A stretch of DNA of 64,000 nt. It comes from Candidatus Woesebacteria bacterium GW2011_GWA1_39_21. Its GTDB lineage: Bacteria; Patescibacteriota; Microgenomatia; UBA8517. The notes beneath the pieces were generated by a model. It did no database searches. It was not told where the DNA came from and worked only from the letters and a program-made list of their open reading frames with translations. Shown here piece by piece: positions 28,697 to 37,309 of the stretch. The position numbers and the translations under genes are program-made. Location of the stretch: the NCBI GenBank assembly GCA_000993685.1, contig LBWP01000003.1:6196-70195 (forward strand), given 5' to 3'. Position 1 is the first letter of the stretch; each line of letters opens with the position of its first letter.

Positions 28697-30763
28697 ATGG
28701 AGAGTATTCCGAAAATCACACCGGGTGAGCCTTTAGTTTCCGATAAAGATGTGTATAATGTCAAAAGTGCTGTAGACCCGAGCCAAAAAAGACAAGAAAC
28801 TGTTTTGATTCCAAAAATAAATATGGAGGAAAATAGTGCAAATCTGAACTCAACCATTTCAAACACACCCGCTACCCCTATGTCTCGGAGTAAGTCGCGT
28901 TCAAAACTGCTTCGCATTTTATTACCGGGTATGCTGGTGCTAGTCGTGCTTCTACTTGTTTTTGGATTTTTGTCGTGGGGGGTTTATAAAAGTGCGCTTA
29001 GCGTAAAGGATCACGCAACAAAGGTGAAAGATAGTTTAATCCAAAAAGATTTGAATTTGACTTCCGACGAGTTGGGAAAATTCAAAACATCAATTGAAGA
29101 TCTTAATAAATCTTACTCCAGACTTGTTTTCATTAAACCGATACCTTTCATCGGATCTTACTATCGCGATGGCACTCACATGATAAACGCAGTGCTTGAT
29201 GGCGTTGACGCCGGAGGAATACTTTTAGATTCTGTAAAACCTTATGCAGATATTATTGGTTTTAAGAGTGATGGAGGTGCAAACCCGGCAATTCGAACGG
29301 CGCAAGACAAAATTGACTTCGTAATTAAAACTGTCCCCGAGATAGTTCCCAAGATCGATGAACTTTCGGAAAAGGTGAATTTGGTGAATCAAGAACTTTC
29401 CGGAATTGATCCCAACCGGTACCCGCAAAACGTAAAAGGCTTTGCATTAAGACAAAACATGGTAAGTGCATTTGAACTACTTGACTCTGTTGATCATTTG
29501 ATTTCGGAAGGTAAGCCACTACTTTCAAAGTCCGATTACTTTTTAGGTGTTGAAAGCCCGAGGACTTATATGATCATTTTTCAAAACGATAAAGAATTAA
29601 GGCCGACGGGCGGATTTATTACTGCGTATTCGATTGCGAGAGTTGATCGAGGAAGGTTTATTCCAGTAACTTCAAGTGATATTTATGATCTTGATAACAG
29701 ATACCAGCCGACAATCAAAGCGCCTGACCAGTTTCCGAAATACCTAAAAGGAATTTATGTTGCTCTGAATCGTTTCCGCTTGAGGGATATGAACTGGAAC
29801 CCAGATTTTGAGCAGTCGATGAATGTTTTCTCACAGGAAATTAAGAAGGCGGGAATATCAGATATTGATGGAATAATCGCCGTAGATACACAGATGCTTG
29901 TTAATTTGTTGGAGGTCTTGGGGAAAGTTAACGTTCCAGGTTACGGTGATTATTCCGCGGACATTACGCCGGAGTGTAAATGCCCCCAGGTTATTTATGA
30001 ATTGGAAAGTTTTGCTGACACAGAAGGGGCGATTGTTTGGAGTGAGAATGAGCCGGGAAAAATTGTTTATGCACCACCAAATTACGACGACAGGAAAAAA
30101 ATTATCGGACCACTTATGAACTCCATACTTTCGGCAACCTTGGGCCAACCAGATAATAGATTTCCACTTCTTTTTGAAGCCGCAGTTAAATCCTTTACAG
30201 AAAAACACGTTCTCTTTTATCTTTTCGACAAAGACGCAGAGGATGCAGTAAAGGCCTTTGGTGTTGGTGGTAACATAAAGGACTATGGTGGTGGCGACTA
30301 TTTGTACATTAACGATGCGAATTTGGGCGGAAGAAAATCAAATTTGTATGTGACACAAGAAGTAACACAGGAGGTTGCATCTAAAGGCGATCGTTTGGAA
30401 AAAACCCTAACAATTACATACAAGAACCCTGAGAAACAAGATGGGTGGCTGAACTCGGTTCTTCCCAACTGGATCAGAATTTATGTTCCAAAAGGTAGCG
30501 AGGTGTTAGAAAAAGACGGATTTGAAGAGTTTGTCGATCCGTATGAAGAATCGGGAAAGACAGTCTTTGCGGGATTTGTTAGTATCAGGCCTCAAGGTGT
30601 TGCGAAGGTAAGTGTTAAATACAGTGTCCCGGTAAATTTCGGTAAGGAGTACCGTCTTTTTATTCAAAAACAACCCGGAAAAGATGCACCTTTATATAGC
30701 ATTTCCTTTGGAAGGAAGAATAAAGAATTTGCACTAAAAACTGATCAGGAAATTAGATTATAG
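28697..30763 (+). CDS. Large membrane-anchored extracytoplasmic protein, DUF4012-like (recalled from memory).
   Basis: 688 aa. A Ser/Thr/Pro-rich N-terminal region, one TM (LLRILLPGMLVLVVLLLVFGFL), and a long extracellular domain with MIIFQNDKELRPTGGFITAYS and other conserved-looking blocks. Confidence 0.35.
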   Translation: MESIPKITPGEPLVSDKDVYNVKSAVDPSQKRQETVLIPKINMEENSANLNSTISNTPATPMSRSKSRSKLLRILLPGMLVLVVLLLVFGFLSWGVYKSALSVKDHATKVKDSLIQKDLNLTSDELGKFKTSIEDLNKSYSRLVFIKPIPFIGSYYRDGTHMINAVLDGVDAGGILLDSVKPYADIIGFKSDGGANPAIRTAQDKIDFVIKTVPEIVPKIDELSEKVNLVNQELSGIDPNRYPQNVKGFALRQNMVSAFELLDSVDHLISEGKPLLSKSDYFLGVESPRTYMIIFQNDKELRPTGGFITAYSIARVDRGRFIPVTSSDIYDLDNRYQPTIKAPDQFPKYLKGIYVALNRFRLRDMNWNPDFEQSMNVFSQEIKKAGISDIDGIIAVDTQMLVNLLEVLGKVNVPGYGDYSADITPECKCPQVIYELESFADTEGAIVWSENEPGKIVYAPPNYDDRKKIIGPLMNSILSATLGQPDNRFPLLFEAAVKSFTEKHVLFYLFDKDAEDAVKAFGVGGNIKDYGGGDYLYINDANLGGRKSNLYVTQEVTQEVASKGDRLEKTLTITYKNPEKQDGWLNSVLPNWIRIYVPKGSEVLEKDGFEEFVDPYEESGKTVFAGFVSIRPQGVAKVSVKYSVPVNFGKEYRLFIQKQPGKDAPLYSISFGRKNKEFALKTDQEIRL

Positions 30764-30798
30764 TTGATAAATCCGCCAAATTTTCTCTATCTTCAAAT

Positions 30799-31344
30799 AT
30801 GTCTAGAAGTTCGTTTTCTACAGAGGGAATTGTTCTTGCAAGAAAAAATTATGGGGAAGCAGATCGCCTATTAACTATTTTTTCTAGGCACTACGGAAAA
30901 ATATTTTTGTTGGCGAAAGGTGTTAGAAAACCGAAAAGCAGAAAAAGAGGACATATTGAGATTTTTTCCAGAGTCAGATTTTCATTTGCGAAAAATGACA
31001 ACTTTGTATTGATGAATGAAGCGGAGTTGATCGATTCTTACCAGCAGATAAGAACAAATTTGAAAAAGGCCACGCTTTCCTACTATTTCGTCGAGGTTAT
31101 TACAAAGATCATTCCGGGTGAAGAGAAACACGAGGAGCTTTACAACAAATTAATTGAATACCTTCAACATTTAAAGTCATCCTCAAAACTTAAACTGCTA
31201 AGGCTCAATTTTGTCGAGGAAGTTTTGGTGCTTTTAGGTTATTGGCCGCGGGGTAAAGTATTTATGGATGCAGATAGAGTTCTTGACGCGGTTTTGGAAA
31301 GACAAATAAATTCCAAAAGGGTTGGGGAAAAGATACTTCATTGA
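30799..31344 (+). CDS. recO: DNA repair protein RecO (short form).
   Basis: The N-terminal OB-fold signature FSTEGIVLARKNYGEADRLLTIFSRHYGKIFLLAKGVRKPKSRK. At 181 aa it lacks a long C-terminal domain. Confidence 0.6.
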   Translation: MSRSSFSTEGIVLARKNYGEADRLLTIFSRHYGKIFLLAKGVRKPKSRKRGHIEIFSRVRFSFAKNDNFVLMNEAELIDSYQQIRTNLKKATLSYYFVEVITKIIPGEEKHEELYNKLIEYLQHLKSSSKLKLLRLNFVEEVLVLLGYWPRGKVFMDADRVLDAVLERQINSKRVGEKILH

Positions 31345-31409
31345 TCGCAAGTAAGTTTTGTGCAACATACACCAAACTGTGTTTTAAAAATATATAAATC
31401 TGATATAAA

Positions 31410-32558
31410 ATGTCGGGGATGGCTAATATTATAAAATGTCCGCATTGCAACAAGACTTTTGAGCTGACCGATGTGCTGCAGCATCAAATTGAAGAAAAGC
31501 TGACCGCCGATCTTTTCAAAAAACATCAAGAAGAACTCGAAACGGTTAAAAAGGAAGCAGAGCAAAAAATTAGGAAAGATCTTGAAGAAAAAACAAGTTT
31601 GGAAATGAGTGATCTTCAAAAACAGCTTTCGGAAAAAGAAGAGAAGGTTAATGAAATGCGCGGTAATGAATTGAAGTTACGTGAGGAGAAAAGAAAACTT
31701 CAAGAGAAGGAAAAAGATTTAGAGTTGGAAACGAAAAGAAGGATTGACGATGAAAGAAAAAAGATAGAAGAGTCTGTGTTGAAACAAGCTGTTGAAGAAC
31801 ATAGATTTCAGGATTTAGAGAAAGAACAAAAGATCGCGGCATTACAAAAACAATTGGAGGAGGCACTGCGTAAATCAAAAGTCGGATCACAGCAGCTTCA
31901 AGGGGAGGTCTTGGAATTAGATATCGAAGGTTTATTGAGGGACAGTTTTCCCTCAGACGAAGTTGCCCCGGTTGCAAAAGGAGTTAAAGGAGCAGATGTG
32001 CGCCAAATTGTTAAAAGCCCCAAAGGATATGCTGCAGGGGTTATCCTATGGGAGATCAAAAGGACAAAGGCATGGACGGATTCTTGGACCTCAAAGTTAA
32101 AAGAAGATTTGCGTGCTGAAACGGCCAATATCCCTGTAATTGTAACAACAACATTACCAAAAGATATTGACTCGGGTTTTGGCTTATACGATGGAGTTTG
32201 GGTTGTGTCGTTTAATTTGGTTGTGCCTGTGGCGACAATAATCAGAAAAAATTTACTTGATGTTCTCTTTGAAAAAGCAGTCTCATCGCACAAAGGGGAA
32301 AAGTCAGAGATCTTATACGAATATATTACCTCACATGAATTTCAACAACAAGTTGAGGCGATAGTTGAGGTTTATAACGAAATGAAGGGTCAGATTGAAA
32401 AGGAGAAGGCTGCGTTTGAGAAAATATGGAAGGCACGAGAAGGGCAAATGCAGCGCTTCATAAGTTCAACAGCTAATGTCGTTGGTTCAATTCAGGGGAG
32501 GATTGGTCAAACCGCTCTTCCGATAAAAGGGTTGGAACTTCTCGAAGATGGGGAGTAA
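31410..32558 (+). CDS. Zinc-ribbon / long coiled-coil protein with a C-terminal PD-(D/E)xK-like region (DUF2130-like).
   Basis: N-terminal CPHCNKTFELTD, about 150 aa of E/K-rich coiled coil, and a C-terminal block GADVRQIVKSPKGYAAGVILWEIKRTK (D…E-x-K arrangement). Confidence 0.4.
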   Translation: MSGMANIIKCPHCNKTFELTDVLQHQIEEKLTADLFKKHQEELETVKKEAEQKIRKDLEEKTSLEMSDLQKQLSEKEEKVNEMRGNELKLREEKRKLQEKEKDLELETKRRIDDERKKIEESVLKQAVEEHRFQDLEKEQKIAALQKQLEEALRKSKVGSQQLQGEVLELDIEGLLRDSFPSDEVAPVAKGVKGADVRQIVKSPKGYAAGVILWEIKRTKAWTDSWTSKLKEDLRAETANIPVIVTTTLPKDIDSGFGLYDGVWVVSFNLVVPVATIIRKNLLDVLFEKAVSSHKGEKSEILYEYITSHEFQQQVEAIVEVYNEMKGQIEKEKAAFEKIWKAREGQMQRFISSTANVVGSIQGRIGQTALPIKGLELLEDGE

Positions 32559-32562
32559 TAAT

Positions 32563-33156
32563 TTAACTTTGAATTAGCTTCAGAAGAGATAGAAGCTGCA
32601 CGCGGTGGTAAGCGACAAACCATATCAGATATACGATTACCCCGGGGAAAATTAATACTTTTTCCACGAATTTTCCAGTCGTGATTCTCAGTGCTTTAAT
32701 AGGTGGAAAACCGATTTTAAATGGCAACGGAAAAAGAAGCGGAACACCTTCTTTGGTCAACATATCTGCACAGACGTGGGCTACGAAACCGACCATAATA
32801 CTAATGGTCACAAGCTCTATGTCGACGTAATTTGGATTTATTAGATGCAAAATGACAAAAGAAAGAATTTTGTAAAGAATGTACCCTCCAAGTATCGAGT
32901 GGGAAATCGTTCGATGTTCGAGCATCAGGTTTCGAAAAATTCTTCCTAAAAAATTTCCCGCGGGAAGAAGATCCCAAAGTCGGTTGGTAGCTTGATCCAT
33001 ATCAGGAATAAGCGATCCTATTGTGCAACCAATTAAAGATGCAATTGCAGTGTTTACGTTAAGGTTTTCTGGAGGAAAATTTGCTGCAACTGTAATTAGC
33101 GATGCAAAACCAATCATATCGTGAGTTCGCGATGTCATAATAAGAAATATTAACAC
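32563..33156 (-). CDS. Membrane-bound metal-dependent hydrolase (YdjM/DUF457 family). The start may be the internal Met 18 nt downstream.
   Basis: MTSRTHDMIGFASL…SLIPDMDQ and hydrophobic helices typical of LexA-regulon YdjM-like membrane hydrolases. Confidence 0.5.
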   Translation of the reverse strand: MLIFLIMTSRTHDMIGFASLITVAANFPPENLNVNTAIASLIGCTIGSLIPDMDQATNRLWDLLPAGNFLGRIFRNLMLEHRTISHSILGGYILYKILSFVILHLINPNYVDIELVTISIMVGFVAHVCADMLTKEGVPLLFPLPFKIGFPPIKALRITTGKFVEKVLIFPGVIVYLIWFVAYHRVQLLSLLKLIQS

Positions 33157-33218
33157 ATTATAGTTGACGGTTTATTCGATGTAGAAATTAAACGTTACTT
33201 CGGATTATAATTACAAAT

Positions 33219-34598
33219 ATGGCTGACACCAATTCTTCAGGATTGATAGATAAGATAACAGCGCTTTGTAAAAGAAGAGGCTTTGTTTTTCCTTCGTCAG
33301 AGCTTTACGGAGGTTTAGCTAATGTCTGGGATTTTGGACCGGTTGGAATTCTTTTGAAAAATAACATCCGTGATCTCTGGTGGAAACATTTTGTTTCGGA
33401 CCGTGATGATATGGTTGGAATTGATGCCTCGGCAATTCTCCGCCCGGAAGTTTGGGCTGCTTCTGGACATGTGTCAGGTTTTAATGATGCGATGGTCGAT
33501 TGCAAGGAATGTAGAAATAGGCTTCGGGCTGATCATTTGATTGAGGATGTGATTCCTGAGAAAAAAGTTGAGGGTTTGTCGTATCCACAGTTAGATAAAA
33601 TAATTTCAGAAAACAAAATTAAGTGCCCCAAGTGTGGTAAATCGAATTGGACGAAAGTTCGAAAGTTTAGCCAGCTCGTTGAAGTAAAAATCGGTGTTTT
33701 AGAGGAAGGTAAAGATTTGGCGTATCTTCGCGGTGAGATTGCGCAGGGCATTTTTTTAAATTTTAAAAATGTTGTTAACTCAACAAGAGTGAAAATTCCT
33801 TTTGGTATTGCACAAGTTGGGAAGGCATATCGTAATGAGGTCACCATGGGGCAGTTTATACACCGTACTTTTGAATTTGATCTGATGGAATTCGAATATT
33901 TTATTAAGTCTGAAAATTGGGAAGAGATCTATGAAATGTGGCGTGATGAAATGTGGAAATGGGCGCTTTCTTTGGGAATTAAAGAGGAAAATCTGCGCTG
34001 GCGCGAACATGGGGAATTTGAAAGATCGTTTTATTCAAATAAGACAATGGATATTGAATATAAATATCCGTTCGGCTGGAAAGAAATGTTTGGAATTGCT
34101 TATCGCTCTGACTATGATTTGTCAAACCATACGGAAAAATCAGGAAAAGATTTGTCATACAACGATCCGATAACTGGTACGTCATTTATTCCACATGTGG
34201 TTGAACCGACTTTCGGGTTATCACGATTAACTGGAATAACTTTATTTAACGCTTATACAGAAGTGGGAGATCGAGTTTTATTAAAGTTAGATCCAAAGCT
34301 GGCGCCGTACAAAGTTGCCGTTTTTCCACTATTGGCAAACAAGCCCGATTTGGTCGTTAAAGCAAAAGATATTTACCATAAGCTAAAGACAAATTTTGTC
34401 TGCGTTTGGGATGATCGGGGGAATATTGGAAAACGCTATTTTGCACAGGATGAAATCGGTACGCCCTGGTGTGTGACAGTTGATTTCCAAACTCTTGAAG
34501 ATGACACAGTTACGGTGCGTGACAGAGATACTTCAGAACAGGAAAGGGTGAGTGTTGAAAAATTGCCGGAATACTTTACGAGCAAGTTAGAAAAGTAA
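33219..34598 (+). CDS. glyQS: Glycine--tRNA ligase, alpha2 dimeric type.
   Basis: GFVFPSSELYGGLANVWDFGPVGILLKNNI…WWKHFV is the hallmark of GlyQS class II synthetases. 459 aa, with the anticodon-binding domain present. Confidence 0.8.
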   Translation: MADTNSSGLIDKITALCKRRGFVFPSSELYGGLANVWDFGPVGILLKNNIRDLWWKHFVSDRDDMVGIDASAILRPEVWAASGHVSGFNDAMVDCKECRNRLRADHLIEDVIPEKKVEGLSYPQLDKIISENKIKCPKCGKSNWTKVRKFSQLVEVKIGVLEEGKDLAYLRGEIAQGIFLNFKNVVNSTRVKIPFGIAQVGKAYRNEVTMGQFIHRTFEFDLMEFEYFIKSENWEEIYEMWRDEMWKWALSLGIKEENLRWREHGEFERSFYSNKTMDIEYKYPFGWKEMFGIAYRSDYDLSNHTEKSGKDLSYNDPITGTSFIPHVVEPTFGLSRLTGITLFNAYTEVGDRVLLKLDPKLAPYKVAVFPLLANKPDLVVKAKDIYHKLKTNFVCVWDDRGNIGKRYFAQDEIGTPWCVTVDFQTLEDDTVTVRDRDTSEQERVSVEKLPEYFTSKLEK

Positions 34599-34650
34599 CG
34601 CTTATGTCCTTGACTAGGAGGGTATCGACATTTAAAAATATAAGTAGTTT

Positions 34651-35394
34651 ATGAGAAAATTTATCCCCTTTGCAGTTTTAATTTTGGGAGTTGTTGTTGT
34701 TGCCGGAGCCTTTTTGTTTTTGAAAAACAGAGGTCGCGGGATGGTGGACGATCAGCAAATATCTGATGCAGACGTTGCACCGGCTGTTTCGTTGGATAAA
34801 AGACCAGTTGTTTCACTAACGCCGTCATCAGATGGGCACTGGTTGAAAATGGAAATTAAAAAGATTTCAATTGATGCGGCAACTTTGGATTATGAACTGA
34901 CATACAAAGTTCCTGATGGGCGAACTCAAGGAGTTCCTGGAACTTGGAAATTGGCAACAAAAGACGATATTGCAAAAGACATGCTTTTGGGATCTGAATC
35001 TTCTGGGAGGTTCCGCTATGACGAGGGTGTTGAAAATGGAAATTTGACACTTCGTTTTCGTGACACTAATGGTAAGTTGGTTGCTAAATTCGAAACTAAT
35101 TTTAAGTTGTACTCCAATGTGGAAAATCTTGCGTCTGAAGATGACGTTTTTTCGCTGACTTTGGGTAGAGCTAACGCTAGGGCGTTTTTTGTGGTGATGG
35201 GCACCGTCGGTTATTCTGGAAACGATAAATTGAGTGATTCAACCAAACTCTATGGATTTTTTACGTCATCGTCTGATAAGTACCCCGCAGTAGTCAAAAT
35301 GGAGGGCGCATCCAACTTAAAATATTGGGATGGAAGTAGCTGGACGAGCAGCTTTGATAAAGTGGGTAGCGGAATTTTTGCAGGTTCCTATTAA
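34651..35394 (+). CDS. Hypothetical secreted/membrane-anchored protein.
   Basis: N-terminal anchor FIPFAVLILGVVVVAGAFLFL, then a hydrophilic domain. No recognised motif. Confidence 0.35.
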   Translation: MRKFIPFAVLILGVVVVAGAFLFLKNRGRGMVDDQQISDADVAPAVSLDKRPVVSLTPSSDGHWLKMEIKKISIDAATLDYELTYKVPDGRTQGVPGTWKLATKDDIAKDMLLGSESSGRFRYDEGVENGNLTLRFRDTNGKLVAKFETNFKLYSNVENLASEDDVFSLTLGRANARAFFVVMGTVGYSGNDKLSDSTKLYGFFTSSSDKYPAVVKMEGASNLKYWDGSSWTSSFDKVGSGIFAGSY

Positions 35395-35530
35395 TTTTCT
35401 TCAGTTAATTTAATCATCGATACGTTGGCAACAATTACCTGTGAAACACCTTAGTGCTTTTGGGCAATTTAATCTTACACTGTTGTCTCTTCGGGTTCTT
35501 TCTGCCTTGACAGAGCTGTGAAAATATATA

Positions 35531-35560
35531 AGAATGGTGTAAAGTGGTGAAAAGTGGTAA
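35531..35560 (+). promoter_or_regulatory. Putative MraZ operator: three direct repeats with 10-bp periodicity just upstream of mraZ.
   Basis: agAATGGTGT / aaAGTGGTGA / aaAGTGGTAA at 35531, 35541 and 35551. A TTGACA sits at about 35505-35510 upstream. MraZ is known to bind three direct GTGG-containing repeats spaced 10 bp apart in its own promoter. Confidence 0.5.
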
Positions 35561-35580
35561 ATTATATATAGCTTTACTAC

Positions 35581-36027
35581 ATGTTGATCGGACAATATAT
35601 TTCAAAGATTACCGAAAAAAACAGAATTTCGCTACCAAAGAAATTTAGGAGTGAGCTTGGAGATAGGGTGATTATCGCAAAATGGTACGAAGGCTGTTGC
35701 GTGATTGTTTCTGAGGTCAGTTGGAATCAAATATTAAAGATGTTGACGGGAAGAATGAGTACATTAACAAGAGCAGTGAGAGATACTGACAGATTTATTT
35801 TAGGTTCAGCCTATGAATTAGACCTTGATCTTCAGGGAAGGTTTGTAATTCCAGGTACTCTTAAAGATTATGCAGATCTTTCCGAGGATGTGGTCTTTTT
35901 AGGTTTGGGGAACAGAATAGAATTATGGAATTTGGATGTCTGGGTGAAGAAGGAAAAGAGTGTTCAGGGAAGCGCTGAAGAAGCGCTCGAATCAATGGCT
36001 GTCCAAAGTACGTCAAATGAAGAATAA
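35581..36027 (+). CDS. mraZ: Transcriptional regulator MraZ.
   Basis: 148 aa. MLIGQYISKITEKNRISLPKKFR, and a second half with DLQGRFVIPGTLKDYADL (duplicated MraZ/SpoVT-AbrB-like halves). Confidence 0.85.
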   Translation: MLIGQYISKITEKNRISLPKKFRSELGDRVIIAKWYEGCCVIVSEVSWNQILKMLTGRMSTLTRAVRDTDRFILGSAYELDLDLQGRFVIPGTLKDYADLSEDVVFLGLGNRIELWNLDVWVKKEKSVQGSAEEALESMAVQSTSNEE

Positions 36028-37021
36028 TTTAATAGGGGTTTTGGAGCCTGTTCATAAACCAGTCCTGTTGAAAGAAGTGTTGGCAGCTTTTGAACATATT
36101 GCACCTTTAAATAATCAAGCTCACAAGGGTAATAAACCGATTGTTGTTGATGCGACATTGGGAGCTGGAGGACACGCGAAGGAGTTAATCCGACGCGGTT
36201 TTTACGTTTTGGGGATTGATGCAAATAGGAAGATGGTAAAAATTGCCGGGGAAAATTTACGAAATTTTGTTACAAGTGAATTTGCTCATCGGGCCGAGAG
36301 GCTCTCTGAGCCAGAGGCCTGCCCAACCGGAAATTTTGATGAATTCTTCAAAATCGTAACAAGTAATTTTGTATCTATTGATCGCGTTGCTCATGAAAGC
36401 GGATTTGAAAATGTTGATGGGATACTCTTTGATTTGGGAATTAGCTCGTATCACTATCAATTTTCAAGCGGATTTTCTTTCCAAAATCCAGATCTTGCCC
36501 TTGATATGCGTTTGTCCGATTCACAAAACGTTACGGCGGCAGATTTGTTGAATGCGCTTCCATATAAAAAGTTAGCGGAGTTATTCGCACAAACAATACC
36601 TGGGAAAGCAAAAAGATTGGCGAGATGTGTGGAACAGTCCCGCAGAAATCGTAAGATTGAAACAGTCGGCGACTTTTTGAAGATTGTCGACTCTGCAATT
36701 TTTATTACAAAGCGAATGGTCGGTAAGAACCAAAGCCCTTACACGCTGCCGTTTTTGGCCCTAAGAATTGCGGTAAATTACGAGCTTGATAATTTAAAAA
36801 TAGCACTGAATAAGTCATGCGGAGTTTTAAAAGATGGAGGTGTGTTAGCCGTTATCAGTTTCCATTCAGGTGAAGATAAAATCGTGAAGGATATTTTTAA
36901 AGACCTGGTGGAAAAAAAACTGATGAAATGGAAAGAAAAGTTAGTTATACCAAGTACAATTGAAATTTTAAACAATCCGAGGTCGAGGAGTGCAAAGTTG
37001 AGGGTAATTTCGAGATTATGA
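36017..37021 (+). CDS. rsmH: 16S rRNA (cytosine1402-N4)-methyltransferase RsmH (MraW).
   Basis: HKPVLLKEVL…VVDATLGAGGHAKELI, and DLGISSYHYQ. It directly follows mraZ. The start is set at the ATG at 36017 rather than the overlapping upstream ATG. Confidence 0.8.
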   Translation: MKNNLIGVLEPVHKPVLLKEVLAAFEHIAPLNNQAHKGNKPIVVDATLGAGGHAKELIRRGFYVLGIDANRKMVKIAGENLRNFVTSEFAHRAERLSEPEACPTGNFDEFFKIVTSNFVSIDRVAHESGFENVDGILFDLGISSYHYQFSSGFSFQNPDLALDMRLSDSQNVTAADLLNALPYKKLAELFAQTIPGKAKRLARCVEQSRRNRKIETVGDFLKIVDSAIFITKRMVGKNQSPYTLPFLALRIAVNYELDNLKIALNKSCGVLKDGGVLAVISFHSGEDKIVKDIFKDLVEKKLMKWKEKLVIPSTIEILNNPRSRSAKLRVISRL

Positions 37022-37308
37022 AAAATAACGCGGCGAAAGTAAAATTATTTTTGACAGCGACTTTACTTATTGGGTTTGTCGTAAATGGTGTGATTATTAC
37101 AATTTATAACGTTGACAAATCAACAGATACGGCTTCGATTACTTCACAAATTGACAAATTAAAAATGAAAAACAGTAAATTAACAGAGCAAATTTCGCAA
37201 GCGGATTCATTGACGGATTTGATGCGACAATCGAACGAGATTGGTTTTCAGGAAAGTTCTGATATCTTATACTTCAAACAAAGAGATACAATAGCTCAGG
37301 CGCGTTGA
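37018..37308 (+). CDS. ftsL: Cell division protein FtsL-like (small bitopic protein).
   Basis: 96 aa. TM (LFLTATLLIGFVVNGVIITIY), then a coiled-coil stretch. It lies in the canonical position between rsmH and ftsI. Confidence 0.55.
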   Translation: MKNNAAKVKLFLTATLLIGFVVNGVIITIYNVDKSTDTASITSQIDKLKMKNSKLTEQISQADSLTDLMRQSNEIGFQESSDILYFKQRDTIAQAR

Positions 37309-37309
37309 T

